A DNA stretch of 60,724 nt, counting the filler, from Ionaspis alba (Eukaryota), in the NCBI GenBank assembly GCA_964255285.1. It is 6 parts of 6 records of this genome, joined end to end, with 100 filler letters (N's around TTAATTAATTAA, not from the genome) between each part and the next. Parts side by side here need not be neighbours in the genome. Positions count along the whole stretch, not along the records: positions 10,172 to 20,237 come from CAXUUL010000630.1; positions 20,338 to 30,381 come from CAXUUL010000631.1; 4 more parts are not named here. One strand, written 5' to 3'. This document shows positions 14,701 to 27,697 of the stretch, piece after piece (within the stretch, counting starts at the first letter, position 1; each line of letters starts with the position of its first letter). A program made the position numbers and the translations under genes. A model generated the notes under the pieces. It saw only the letters and a list, made by a program, of their open reading frames with translations. It was not told the origin of the DNA and did no database searches.

Positions 14701-14993
14701 CATCAGGATGGCCGGCCAATGAGATGCGACCTCGAGTGTCGTACTTTCGCCCATGAATTTATTTGAACTCTTCGTTTTCCTCCTGCACAGCATTCTTTGC
14801 GTGGCGGAGAGCGAGCAGTGCAATAACAGCTCCGTGATCCTTTGTTTCTGCTTAGAGCTTCATCTTGGGCTGAAGACAACATCGTGATGTCAATTATATA
14901 GCACCAGTCCACCGGAATTGTCTTGAGAATTCCAGAATAGGCAGCAACCCTTGCATATCGTACGTTGCTTTCTTTTTGTCATTCACCTCTATT

Positions 14994-16398
14994 ATGTCGG
15001 GATCTCGTCGCCCAAGTGACTTACGCCGGGTCAGGCACCCAGACGAGGCCGATCTCGCTGTGACCGAAGCCAGCTTTCAGAATCTTGCTTTGACCCCAAG
15101 TGCTGAAGGGCAACCGTATTCCAGTCACCTGCAGCCCTATCAAGCCGCCATCCCTCAATATCAACCTCAAGCTTTCGCGCCTATCGGAGAAGTCGAGACA
15201 TCATATTTTCCACCCACTTACGGCCTCGGCACCTACTCGGCAACACCTAGTAGCAGCTACTCCGGAATCCCACCTCAAGGAACCCAACTGAACTCCAGAT
15301 CGTCACTTTATCCACCTACTATTGTCCCTTCCCAGCCAACAATGTCTGGACCAGGTCTAAGGTACTATAGATCGAAGGCAGCAACTACTGAATCGAGTTG
15401 ACCAGAAAAAGCAGCTATGGCTACATGCCATCACCCTTATCGGGACAACCCCCAGCATCATACAACCAACCCCCTGTGCAAGGTCAGTCGGTCACCTGCC
15501 CCATCTTCGATAGTATCGAGGATTGATTAGACCCAGGATATTACTCGGATCCTCAACTACATCGCAGTATGTCTGACTCGTTCCGTCCTATCCCTTCCCC
15601 GAACGTCGATTTTGGCACTTTCACCAGTCAAGAGCACGAGTTCGCTCGGCCACGGCGAAGGATCGCTCTGGAAAGCCGCCGGCAGTCTAAGCTTCGTGCT
15701 CGAAGGACTAGGTTGCCGGGTATCGCGGACGCTGGGCTGGGCAGCAATCAGGATTCGGGCAGTTTGGTTGACTTTTCTTTTGCAGCGCCTTCAAGCTCAT
15801 CCACGTACGTGAGCGACCCTACCGGTAGATCGTACTCGCGCCAGTCGTTCAACTCGGCATCGTCTAGTCGTGGCGACTACAGCGATGTGGTGTCAGGGTA
15901 CATCACACTTTGCCTCGACACATAATTCAGCTTAATGCTAATTCTGGTGTTCATTCAGACACCCCTCTCCATATCAGGGCCGGCCATATCAACAAACCTA
16001 TCCTATGAGTACTGTGGATCCACAGACACTTGCGTAAGGATTCAATACTAGATTGACTGATATTAGGCTGACTCTAGAGAAGTCCCTTACCCCCTCAGCC
16101 AGGAATGAGTTCCTACCAACCCCCAAGGCGAGGTCCCTTACCTTCGTCTACATCTCCAAATCCTGAACCGGTCGTGGTGGGAGAACGTGTTAAGCCCCAG
16201 TGCTGGGAACACGGCTGTAATGGTCGGGAGTTCTCAACTTTCAGTAATTTACTGAGGCATCAACGAGAAAAGTCAGGCAGCGCAGCGAAGTCTTATTGCC
16301 CTAATTGTGGAGCGGAGTTCACCCGGACTACAGCTCGAAATGGACATATGGAGCATGGTAAATGCAAACGAAGAGCTTCGGATGATAGGGGTCGATAG
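14994..16398 (+). CDS. C2H2 zinc-finger transcription factor (multi-exon)
   Basis: C-terminal [46 protein letters not shown] with a P/S/Q/Y-rich N-terminus. Probable introns 15362-15405, 15483-15536, 15898-15958 and 16034-16082; the internal exon structure is uncertain. Confidence 0.8.
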
Positions 16399-17589
16399 AG
16401 CTTACAGTAAACATAGTGGGAAGGAGTTCACGAGGGGCTATTGGATTGAGGATTACCAGGTTATGAGTACACGCTGGATTTGGAGGACATCGGACTGGTT
16501 CATCCGGTTTGCATAGCGAATGGCAACCAACAGACGGGAGGTTTAGGCGTTCATCGTTCAGCATTTACAAAAGGGGCAATGCTGCGAACTTTCGATTCAC
16601 GGTATTAAATTGTATCAGTACCTTAGCAATCAACTCTAGCACTACAACTTTATCACCATATAAATCTTCTCAATTATGCTTCCGTTTTGAGAGACATCAC
16701 ACCATACGTCTACGCAACCTACACCAACAGTGAAGAGGCAACAAACATTATTGTTGAGTTGACACAGCCGGGACCTTAGACGTCGCGAGAGTAACAACAT
16801 CCTCAACTCGAGCATCGACAATCAAACTTCAAGTTGGTTGGCGTGTCGACCCCAAGATGGCCATCATTGTCAGCAACACCAGAGCCATAGCAGAGACGAT
16901 CAGAAAGCCTTGAGCTACGGCCTTCTCAAGCCTGCAGAATCGATGACTTATCCGACTCTTATCTCCACGAGTTACAAAACGTGGTTGAGGCGGAGAAAGG
17001 ATCAGGATCCTAGATAGCTGCGCAGTAAGGCCGTGTCAAGAGCATTGGCTAAGGCAACTACCGGTAGTCGTTATTATTGCATGCGGAGTCTGGCCCTCAT
17101 GCGCCTTGTGGTGTTTGAGGTTGGTGAACGGCCGATGTTGGGTTTTTTGACAAGGCGAGGCGCGCAGCCGGGAGCGAGCAGAGTCAAGTTCTTTTCTTGG
17201 CTTGGAAGCGGAAAGGAAGTTTACCCGCTTTCTTTCTCTCTCGAGCGACTTCAATCCTCGTCACTGCAGCATACAACCGAATCAGAAAGCCACATTCGAC
17301 CTCCATCGACACAACGAGAAAAAATGTACGGTCTCGTCTGCAAGGAGTCTTAGACAGCGAGCACCTTCCTCGGATCCACGAAACAAGCTCAAGTTTCACG
17401 CATTCAAGATGCTTCTCTCTCTGGCCCAGCTGTTCCGCATCCATCATTCCCATACCAATACCCGGTCGTTACCAGACATATCTCCTATACGAATATTACA
17501 GCGGCGACCTCCTTATTCCATATCCCTGATACGGTGAAGCAAAGCTACGGCAAGGACCCGGGACTTCCAGAGTCCCGGAACTATAAACA

Positions 17590-20237
17590 ATGGCATCCGT
17601 CTTCACCTACGACCCCGACCCTCCGCGAGTGAACTCGCCCTGGTCAACACCCCCTGTGACAACCCCACGCCTGAAACCATCGGATGCGGAATATCAACTG
17701 GGAGGGCTAGCAGCCCCGCAGCCAGCTCTCTTAGCTGATTGCGGTATCACCAAACTGGATGCTGAACCACAGGAAGGGCCGACCGAGTACAAGCTGCATC
17801 TACTTCTCCGACCTCGCCGATCGTTCTCCAATTCGACCACTGCACGGCACGTTTCAGGCTCGCAGCAATCAAGGGCGAGAGCCTCCAAGTCCGAGTCTAC
17901 AGTGCCTGCACGGCGTGATACCCCGCCGTTGATACCTACTCCAACCCTGCAAGCTCGCCAAAACAGACTGCAGCATCTCACAACCCAGTTACTATGGCGC
18001 CTGCAGCAATCATCTCCATACCACTCTTCGTCAACGGCGGACCTCGTTTTACCGATCTTGCCAGAGGCAGCATCGAAACTTGGTCCGCCAAGACGGCCTG
18101 GAAAATTGCTCCCGGGCTTGGAAGATAGTCGAGGGGCTCTGTACGAGATTGGGGTTTCTGACGATGGAACGTTCATTGGTCTTACAAAAGATGAGATGGA
18201 CGAGAGTTTGACTAATCTACGAGCCATGGCTGCAAGCTTGGGCTGTAGAGCGGAGATCCAGAGGACCGTGATTGTTGGCGAGTGCGAGTGGCCCGAATTG
18301 TGTCCGTCGAAGTCTGAGGTGATATTGAAGACTCGATTAGAGAAGCTCTGGGTGGCTGAGGTGCTGGTTTTGCCTGATACTGCTCTTGCCCTACATGATT
18401 CTGCAGCTATATCGCCGTTCACGAATGGTGGTCATCCGCTGGTACCCCATGTGTCGGTTCCAGGTAAGGATTCCGAAGACGATAAGTCGCACACGGAGCA
18501 GCTTCGTGTTTCCCTCACTGGTAGCACCACGTCTGGAAAGTCCTCTCTGCTGGGAACGCTATCGACGTCAACTCTTGACAACGGGCGAGGGAAAAGCAGA
18601 CTCAGCCTGCTCAAGCATCGTCATGAAATTGCCTCCGGTATTACTAGCTCTGTTGCTCCAGAGCTCATCGGGTACCAAACCACTGTGTCAGATGTCGCCT
18701 CTCTCAAAAAGGATACTCGTGTCGTCAATTACGGATGCGGCAATGTCTCATCCTGGAATGACATCCACAACGCTGCAGAGAAGGGTCGGCTTGTTTTCTT
18801 GACGGACTCTGCTGGTCACCCAAGGTATAGACGAACCACAGTCCGTGGCTTAGTCTCCTGGGCTCCGCACTGGACTCTCTGTTGTATTGCGGCAGATGAT
18901 GCAGAGGACATTCCTGGTGTGCTCGGTGGGACGGCTTCCGCCGAAGAGGTTCTGGGATCAGCTGGTGCTGGTATTGATCTGTCTAAAGCGCACCTCGAGC
19001 TCTGTCTCAAGCTCAACCTCGCATTAGTGGTGGTCATCACCAAGTACGATCTTGCCTCCAAAGGTGGTCTGAGGCAGACGCTTGCCAAAGTTCTGTCTAC
19101 GATCAAGGATGCTGGTCGTCAGCCGGTTATGTTGAAACGGAGCTTGCTTCCTCGTCAAGATCTCGATTTACAGACAGTGCTGGCCAGGGATGAAAATGAG
19201 GTCAACGAGCTACTCCTGTCCCTTGGCAATGACTTCTCCTCAATTGTTCCCATTGTTCTCACAAGTGCCGTCACTGGGAGTGGTATTGGTAACTTGCATG
19301 CTCTTTTACGGCATCTTCCAATTCCGCAGACCGTAGACTCCGATGGCATGGATGATCATCATCATGCCAACGCTCGTGGGTTGAAAACACTTTTTCATAT
19401 TGACGAGGTCTTTGCAAGATCCGATCGTGGAGCACTTCCCTCCGCTAGTGACGTAGATCATAGTGACGATTCTATCTATGTTCTCAGTGGTCACCTCCGT
19501 TATGGAAGTCTCTCTATTGGCGAGATCTTCCAAGTTGGACCCTTCGCTCCCAGTCCAGCTCTCGACGAGATTACCCTACCAGAAATGCATCGAGCCCGTT
19601 CATATCCTGGCCAGCTCAGCCGCAGCCTCGGAACACCAAAGACAATGAAGAGACAACAGAGACCATTGTCTGGAGAGTTTGTGCGCGACCAGCTCGACTT
19701 GGACGTAAGGAACAACGGATACATGGACCAAGAATGGCAGCAAGTGCGTATCGTCAGTCTCAGGAATCTTCGTCTGCCTGTACGGAAGCTCTTGGCGGGC
19801 CAAGTAGGTACGATCGGCATCGACTTCATCAACAGCAACGGATCACTAGCGACAAAGCTGCGGAAAGGCATGATACTCTTCCGACATGTCAAAGAGCTGG
19901 AAGAATCTGACTCGTTCACTGCGTATGGTGGTTTCAGAGCTCTCTTCAGCGATGAAGACTACTTGGCCATGGAACCCGGAGCACTTTTCAGTGTCTACAT
20001 TGCCAGTGTCCGAGCCACTGCAAAGATCCTGCTGGTCGAAACGGCCAATGTTGATAATGGTTTGGAAATGGGTGCTGCTTCGAAACCTGTGGAGGAGTTG
20101 TTCCATTTTGACGACAGCGCCAGTCACAGCGGCGCTTCTGACCGCAGTCAGCCAAAACCACCACATGCAAAGAAGCAGATCGAAGTCACCTTCCAATTTG
20201 TGAGCTGTCGCGAATGGATCGAAGTCGGGACACAGGT
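17590..20237 (+). CDS. GTPBP1/GTPBP2-like translational GTPase (3' end truncated by the scaffold end)
   Basis: N-terminal AEPQEGPTEYKL and ALYEIGVSDDG; G1 GSTTSGKSS, RHRHE-like KHRHEIASGITSS, G3 DSAGH, G4 TKYD, G5 TSAVTG. The ORF runs into the linker. Confidence 0.88.
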
Positions 20238-20337
20238 NNNNNNNNNNNNNNNNNNNNNNNNNNNNNNNNNNNNNNNNNNNNTTAATTAATTAANNNNNNN
20301 NNNNNNNNNNNNNNNNNNNNNNNNNNNNNNNNNNNNN
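20238..20337. other. Artificial scaffold linker
   Basis: N44-TTAATTAATTAA-N44. Confidence 0.97.
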
Positions 20338-21322
20338 GGTGGCGGTGGCCAGTAGTCTACTCGCGCCGACTGGCGTAGGTATAATTCTTCGTGTGGACAT
20401 TGTTGTAGTGTTTTGATGTTTTGGTGATGTTGATGAAAGAAACTACAATTCTGTAGGATTGTGGATTTCACAAGGTGAAGCTAAATCCATGCACGGAATG
20501 ACGTTGAGGCAACGGATTCTCGATCGTTCGCCCGCCTTGGTCACGTGTCTCAAGCACAAATTCGGTCGCCGGTTTCTCCGATGTGTACAATCGTTCTATA
20601 AAATCGTTTTTGTTGTATAGCCACGCCTTCCATGCCGTCTCTACCTTGTGTACTACTGTATTACTGTATACTAGGCTGGTCTGGAGCCCTTATTAATTTG
20701 TACAATCACGCGCAATTGCCCCAGGAGATACTTGGCTTGTGAATCGCGGCCATCAAACTTACTCGTCCACTAGTTGATCCCACGATAATCCCTTTCGATC
20801 GCATTAACCCAGACTTTTAGAACTCGGCCAGAGCGTTGATCTGAGCACACAGCAACCATCACCACCACCCTTAAAGTTCGCGACTACATCTTCCCCACTC
20901 CACTACTTGCACATCGAAGGATCTTTCGATATCGTGTGGTGACAACCCATGCATCGTGCATCACCCCCGGGTTGGCTTCCCCGCAAGTTAATGCTGCTGT
21001 GGGCGCTGCGATGCGTCATAGGCATCAGCTATCTCCCTGGTATTGCTGAGGACTAATCGTCCAGCTCCTCTCTGAGTGGAAGATGACAGCGGGAGGGGGC
21101 TTGCCTCTAAAGTCCATCCAACGGTTATAACATACCCTGGATAAACACTGGAGAGCTCTGCAGCTGCTTTGCTTCAATCGGTCCTATTCATCTTCTGACA
21201 TATGCCTCGTGTATAGATAGATGATTCCCCTCTCTTCTACAAGGTGCTATACAGAACCTCGTCCTCAATTGTTTGCTGTGTTAATTCCTTGATCATTTGC
21301 ATTGATAAGCATTCTATCCACA

Positions 21323-23205
21323 ATGCAGCCGTACTTTGGTTTGAAAGGAGGCTGGTTGACCTTCTGGGTCAGTGTCGCGTGCGCCACTGATATGACTCTG
21401 TTCGGCTACGATCAAGGCGTATTTGGTATGTGCAACGCAGTTTTGTGATCCCAAAGAGGATCAGGCCTTCAGACTACTTTGTCGAGTATCATTCTCTACT
21501 CTCATACGCGTCGCCTTTATTCTTCCTTCTCGTTCTAGTGTCGTTGATTCGATCTAACATGCAGCAAAGGCGGCGTCATTGTTACCGACGATTTCCTGCA
21601 AACTCTCAAGCTTACCGGCCCTGAAAACACATCGTTGGTGGGCACCGTCACCGCTATATACGATGTGGGTTGCTTCTTTGGCGCCGTCTTTGCAATGTGG
21701 CTAGGAGAAAAACTCGGGCGTAAAAAGACGATTCTCGTCGGTACCACTATCATGTCCATTGGTGCCGTCCTTCAGGTCGCTGCTTATAGTGTGGGTCAAA
21801 TGATTGCTGGAAGAATAATTGCGGGCATTGGCAACGGCATCAACACTGCCACAGCCCCAGTATGGCAGTCGGAGACCTCCACGGTCAAATGGCGAGGCAA
21901 GCTGGTCGTCATTGAGATGATTCTGAATATTGCCGGATTTTCCATCTCCAATTGGGTAACTTATGGCTTTTCATTCCTGAACGGTCCGATCGCTTGGAGA
22001 TTCCCGCTGGCTTTCCAGTTCATTTTCATAATCGTCCTCTTCGCAACTGTACCGTGGCTACCCGAGTCGCCAAGGTAAGTGTTGTCTCCCCCTCGTATTT
22101 CATCTTGCGAATGATTGACCAGAATCAAGATGGCTCATTGCCCATGACGGAGAAGACGAAGCGTTTCAAATCCTGGCAGACCTCGAAAACAAGGACGTCG
22201 ACGACCCCTTTATCACGACTCAGCACAAAGAAATTGTCTTTGCAGTCCAATATGAACGCGACAATGGTGTCGGCTGGTGGGACTTACTCCGTGGTAAAAC
22301 AGGCCAAGGAGGTGGAACTTGCACCATTCGAAGATTGATCCTCGGGGCGGGCACACAAGCTATGCAGCAATTGGCTGGCATTAACGTCACCTCCTACTAC
22401 CTTCCAACCGTTTTGATCAATTCCGTCAAGCTGGACAACAAACTCGCACGATTGCTTGCTGCCTGCAACTCCGTCTCGTACCTTCTCTTCTCCTTGATTG
22501 CCATACCTAATGTTGAAAAATGGGGAAGGCGCCGTCTCATGATGTTTGGAGCGGCTGGACAAGCCTTTTGTTATCTCATCATCACCGTTCTCCTTCGCTA
22601 CACTATCTTACCGGGCTATTCGGCGACCAAGGAAGTAGCTTCTGCCTCTGTCGCATTCTTCTTCTTATACTATGTCTTCTTCGGCATTGGATGGCAAGGG
22701 GTTCCTTGGCTATACCCCGTGGAGATCAACTCTTTGAGCATGCGCACAAAAGGAGCAGCTATCGGAACAGCTACCAACTGGGCTTTCAACTTCATGGGTG
22801 AGCATTTATACTACCTACTACGAAAATGATACATGTCCTGACACAACAATAACACTAGTGGTCGAGATTACCCCGATAGGCATTCAAACCCTCGAGTGGC
22901 GTTTCTATATCATCTGGGTCGTCTTCAATGCCGCTTTCGTTCCCATTGTCTACCTCTTCTACCCCGAAACTGCAGACCGCACTCTGGAGGATATCGATCG
23001 CCTGTTCCGCGAGAACCCCAAGATCATCGTCTGCAACGATAAGGAAGCTATCTCGCCCCATAGACCTCGAGGCTACGTCGAATATGAGCAGGCGGAAGTG
23101 AGGAGGAATAGCTCGATTGATCCGAGGATGCTGAGACGCGGGAGTAGAGTGATGAAGAAGGGCAGTATGCCGATGCCAGAGGAGGAGTTCGTGGAGAAGG
23201 TTTGA
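21323..23205 (+). CDS. Sugar porter (MFS), STL1-like glycerol/sugar:H+ symporter
   Basis: LFGYDQG, GEKLGRKK, PVWQSE, WRFPLAFQ, LPESPRWL, QQLAGIN, VPWLYPVEI and YPETA. Introns 21426-21569, 22075-22129 and 22798-22858. Confidence 0.9.
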
Positions 23206-23589
23206 GGACGGGTAGGAAGTTTGAACGTTTTAATCTGATATCATATGCTGCGCTTGATACTTGAACAGGCTGTCGCTGCAGGTCATATCTCAACAGTTTG
23301 GCGAAATAAAGAACCGACGCCCGTGCAATGTTGCGTCTCTGTGCGGCGTTCGTTCCTACAACAACCTATGAATGCTTATATGATCGGCAAGCAGCATCGA
23401 CCTCTTCCTTCGTGAGAGCTATGGCGACCGCCTCCAAAGCTCATCTAGTCTATCCACACAATCATTCCCATCTACCGTTTCACTTTTTCTCATGCACATC
23501 GCTGACACCCTCTAAACCACCATCACTAACACTAAAATGCTGTTCTTCCACGTTGCTTGCAATTCGGTCCATTTGGTCGAAACAAAAAG

Positions 23590-24010
23590 ATGGATCCCTA
23601 TACTCGCATTGCCTCAAAGCATACAAGAGGCCGCCTCATTCCTGGATTAAAAGCAGACCACATCTTTCTCGAAAAGCGCCCGCTAAATCAAGCAACATGT
23701 CGTGTTCCACTCGGGCGCATGCCTCGTGGCCAGAACGTGAAGTCCGTCCTCGAGCTCGATCTTCATGATCGTATTCCCTAACACTCCTTATCAATGGCGC
23801 AAGATCAGTGGAGAAAATGTGTGGTGGCAATTAGAACAGCAGTCGGGCTGGCTGAAGATTGAAAAGCCGGGGAATGGTGGGGCGTGCGCTTGACTGAGGT
23901 TAACCAGGTTGATCGAGATAGTGAAGGGAGGTCTGTGGAGGATTTTACTGGTCTTCTGGCAACAGGGGTGTGCGTTTTATCCTGTCTTGATCAAATGCCA
24001 GTCTCCTGAA
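23590..24010 (+). pseudogene. Possible decayed coding remnant
   Basis: One frame reads protein-like through two internal stops (..DRIP*HSLSMAQDQWRKCVVAIRTAVGLAED*KAGEWWGVRLTEV..). No family recognised. Confidence 0.25.
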
Positions 24011-25196
24011 TCAATTGATGGACTCGAGCCCACGAACATGCCTCTACCTATCTGTTTGAGCATGGGACCTCGATCGATAGTGCTTCCTCAAATTGAAAGA
24101 CAGACCCTACAGGGCTAGTATCAAATCCGATTAAGACTACACCAGGGTCTATAGCCGGCAGAGCCATTCATGGTCAGATGTAGTACTGATCGCAGAACCT
24201 GCAACATAAGATTTTCAAATCTATCTTTAAGCACAGTAGTATGAGTCGGACATTCGCCCACCTCATGAATCCCGCTGTATCGAAGGACAAATGAAGGTGC
24301 AAAAAAGATAAAAACGTACATCAGCTGGTATTTGCTGGTGGTCACCCACTGAGAAAACGGATTGCACAGCAGTGAGGCGTAAGATGGTTTATTCATGAAC
24401 TACAAGGAAGGTCTTTTCATCCCCTCAGGACTAAACTAGTTCCGATTCATTTCACTGGGCATTGTTGCCCGTTTTCCATCCTCCACACCACCCAACTACT
24501 AATCAGCCGATCTTAAGCTTATGTATGGCAGAGCGGACGGCACGCAAAGTTGTCTTGACCCTCAATTTTCGGTGAGCGGTACCCAACCGTCCCCGACACG
24601 GTTTGACCAGGCCTAATCAGTTTCAAGAGTTCGAAAATGAGGCGTAGGAGAAATACAGTCAGTCAACGTAGGGTCGAGATAATCATTCGTGGATGAGAAC
24701 TCTACCTATGGATAGTGATAGACGATTTGTGAAGACATTATCTATCGGTGACTGGTACTCTTCATCGACGATAGTAATTCTTCATAAATTATTATATACT
24801 CTATAGGTGAGGTTGGTAGATCCATTTGAAAAAGGCTACAAAGTGTGTACCTTATGTAGGAGTAGGACTAAAGATTGTATTCTTGGAAGGTTCAGGTTAT
24901 ATACCCGTAATCATAGCGTTCCACGTGATTCAAACCCCTGAAATCCTAGACTTACACTACTCGTGCATCGATTAACTGTGCATTGGTTTTGTTAGCTTCA
25001 AGAAGTTCGGAAATGAGATGCTATAACTATCTGTCAACCTACGTTCCTAGCAATCGATTCCTACTTGTTTCTGATACAAATGGATCATTTACTTGATTTC
25101 GCGAGATCGGGCTCAAGCCCCTGAAACATCGTTCGATTTGCTCTAGGAAAACCCCAGCATTGTGTTTACCATTACCCGCCGAAGGTGTTACACTCT

Positions 25197-26390
25197 CTAA
25201 ACAATCGCATGATCTGCCCCGAACGACCCCAACGTCGTGCGACCATTGTCCCGGATCAGGGTCCGCATACCCGTCATCGTCGCTCCCGTCTGCAAGCTGG
25301 GCAGCTCAGGTTTGGACTTCTTTCCCCACAGTCGCTCACGAGAGGTGCGGCCGTCGCAGCGGCGTAGGGAAGCTTCCTTCCGAGCTTGTTTGGAAATGTT
25401 GGAGACAACGAAGAGTGTGCGGAAGGCCGTCATGGACACCATGATGACGCTGATGCAGGCTTCGACTTGTACCCAAAAGGATGACCACGCCTGGTCATTG
25501 GTGCCGTAGATGTAGGCCGTAATGCCGCGCACCATACCGATGCCGATCATGAATATGCTGAGGCAGAGCACGATGCCAATACTGAATTTCTGACGCACCT
25601 TGAACTGCGCTTGCCAGAGAAGGGAGACGGGGATGGAGATGACTAAGATCTTTACTTAGCCCTCATTCGGAACGGGGACCATAATCGCTTACGCAAAGTA
25701 TCGGTCAGTATATCCGAGATGACCGAATAGTATAGGAAAATGTGTTCTCTGCGTAGAAATCCTGCTCCAGCAACGCAATGTACTGCCGAAAAATCAGTTC
25801 CAAAGCCCAATAATTTGAGCTATCTATAAGCAAAACACTTACCCAACAGTTCAGAACCGATATATGGACACACAATAAAAGCCCCAAAAATTGAGGTGAA
25901 TGCCACGGGAGTCAATATGACAAGATTACACCACCACAAAATAGTCAAATTGCGCAGCCGCCTGACGAGACTGCGGAAGTAAAAAAGAAAAGAAAACTTG
26001 ACGGCGAAGATGGTGGTCCAGCATAGAACTTCACCTGTACTGGCGTATGTAGAGTCATGTATGGCTTCCTGAAGAATATCTGCTGGTGGTAAGGTGTGTC
26101 CGAGGGTGACTTCTGCGAATAAGTACAGATCTGGTATCATTTTCAGGAAGAGACCTGTGCCGCCGATAAGAGCAGCTGTGGCTAGGAATAGAAAATAGTC
26201 GTCAACGTGAAGCTGACCGAATTTGTAGATCCGAATGGCTGTTCGTGCGGTAGCAGCCAAGATTGCAATCCCGAAGAAGGTTCCTAGTGTCCCCTAGAGA
26301 TACTGTATCAGTGGAACGGATCGGCGGACAAAACTACTTGCTTTACCGTACCATATAAGTATTCTGGTTGATCAGCTGTCCTGTCTCCAT
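25197..26390 (-). CDS. PTH11-like (fungal rhodopsin-domain) integral membrane protein, no CFEM domain
   Basis: LHVDDYFL, WTTIFAVKFSFLFYFRSL, DILTD..ISIP..LW, QKFSIGIVLCLSIF and WVQVEACISVIMVSM. Introns 26351-26294, 25842-25783 and 25692-25643. Confidence 0.85.
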
Positions 26391-27697
26391 AATCGATACG
26401 AAAAGATCAAGCAATCCAACGTATATCTGAGCGAGGAAGTTCAAGACCTAAGCTTTGAAAAGATGGGGAAAGTAATGAGTATGTGGTAAAGAATTTGTTG
26501 ATTGAAAGCAATGTTGCGAGAAGGCTCGTTTTCTGCTATCAGCCTACGCCGCTCGCCAGCTTGCTCGAACGTGCAAGTTTTGAACCGGCCCAATAGATAT
26601 TCATCGTGACAGAAGTCCATTGAAGGAGAGGAATAAGAAAGTCAACGGGGAAGTGAGATGTAGGAATGCGGCGGTGTCGGATGGCAAAATGCTACTCCGT
26701 GAGCTTAGCAAGGTGATTTGCTCTTGTCCTCGATGCATGAGAGCAAAGGAGGCTGATCATAGATCTAGAGCTTATGATCAGAACCGACATTATGATTGTG
26801 AAGGCTGCACACTTGCATCGAGCATTCGGAGCAAGGTCTCGACACTGCATACATTTCAAGGTTGTTCATAGGGTGGGGGCCAGAGAGAGCCTTCTAGGAA
26901 CACAGCCGCACCATATACTAGATGAACAGCATACTTAGGCTTATGGATAGTCGAAATAACTCGACATTTATCCCGAGAAGTCCAACAGGGAAACAGTGTT
27001 ACTCAGGTCAAATTGCCGTGTATTTGTTCGTATCTGCGAATAGGTTAAGTCAGTCAACCACTATGTAATTTTCTAATGGTCCTCATACTGCTTCACAAAA
27101 GTCCTGTGCCGTCCAGTTCCCCCTCAAGATAGTGGACATCGTAGCCAAGGCGATTGGAGGTGTAGACATCTAAGCAGAAGGATTCAACCAAGGAGACTAA
27201 TGCACGTATTGAGTGAAAAGCTGTGGGCTGTGATAGAGAGCGCTTTGCTCTAGGCACACGCCGTTAGGGACGCCGCATCGTGTGCCGCGCGACAGCATTT
27301 GTTAATGGTTGGCAATACCAATTGGCATTTAGATAGTAGTACCGGAAGGAAGAGGCGCAGCTGCTTGGATGGGCATGGCCACGGTAATGCGTCGACCAAG
27401 GCTGCCAAGCTGCCCCCAAAAGCCCAGCTAGCCTTTCAGAACGAAGGTGCTGCTTACCTTACAGCACATAAAAAAACAAGGCAACCTTTGTAGAAGCCTC
27501 TGCTTTATTGTTGGCCGAGTTCCATCATGCGAGAGTTGAGTCTGTGCCTCTTATGCTCAGTCGAGTGATTATTAGAGAAGACGTGGAGTGCTAAGCGAGA
27601 TATCAATCTCTGGATGTGAGAGAGTACGCTAAATCATCCTTCATGCTCATCACTCAATACTCATCTAGTGTTATAGACTCCCTACTCTACAACACTC

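Noticed and set aside
16826..17030. Minus-strand frame encoding a hydrophobic stretch (GFLIVSAMALVLLTMMAILG)
   Set aside because: No upstream start codon or convincing exon partner; it also shows that TM-like runs can occur by chance in non-coding DNA.
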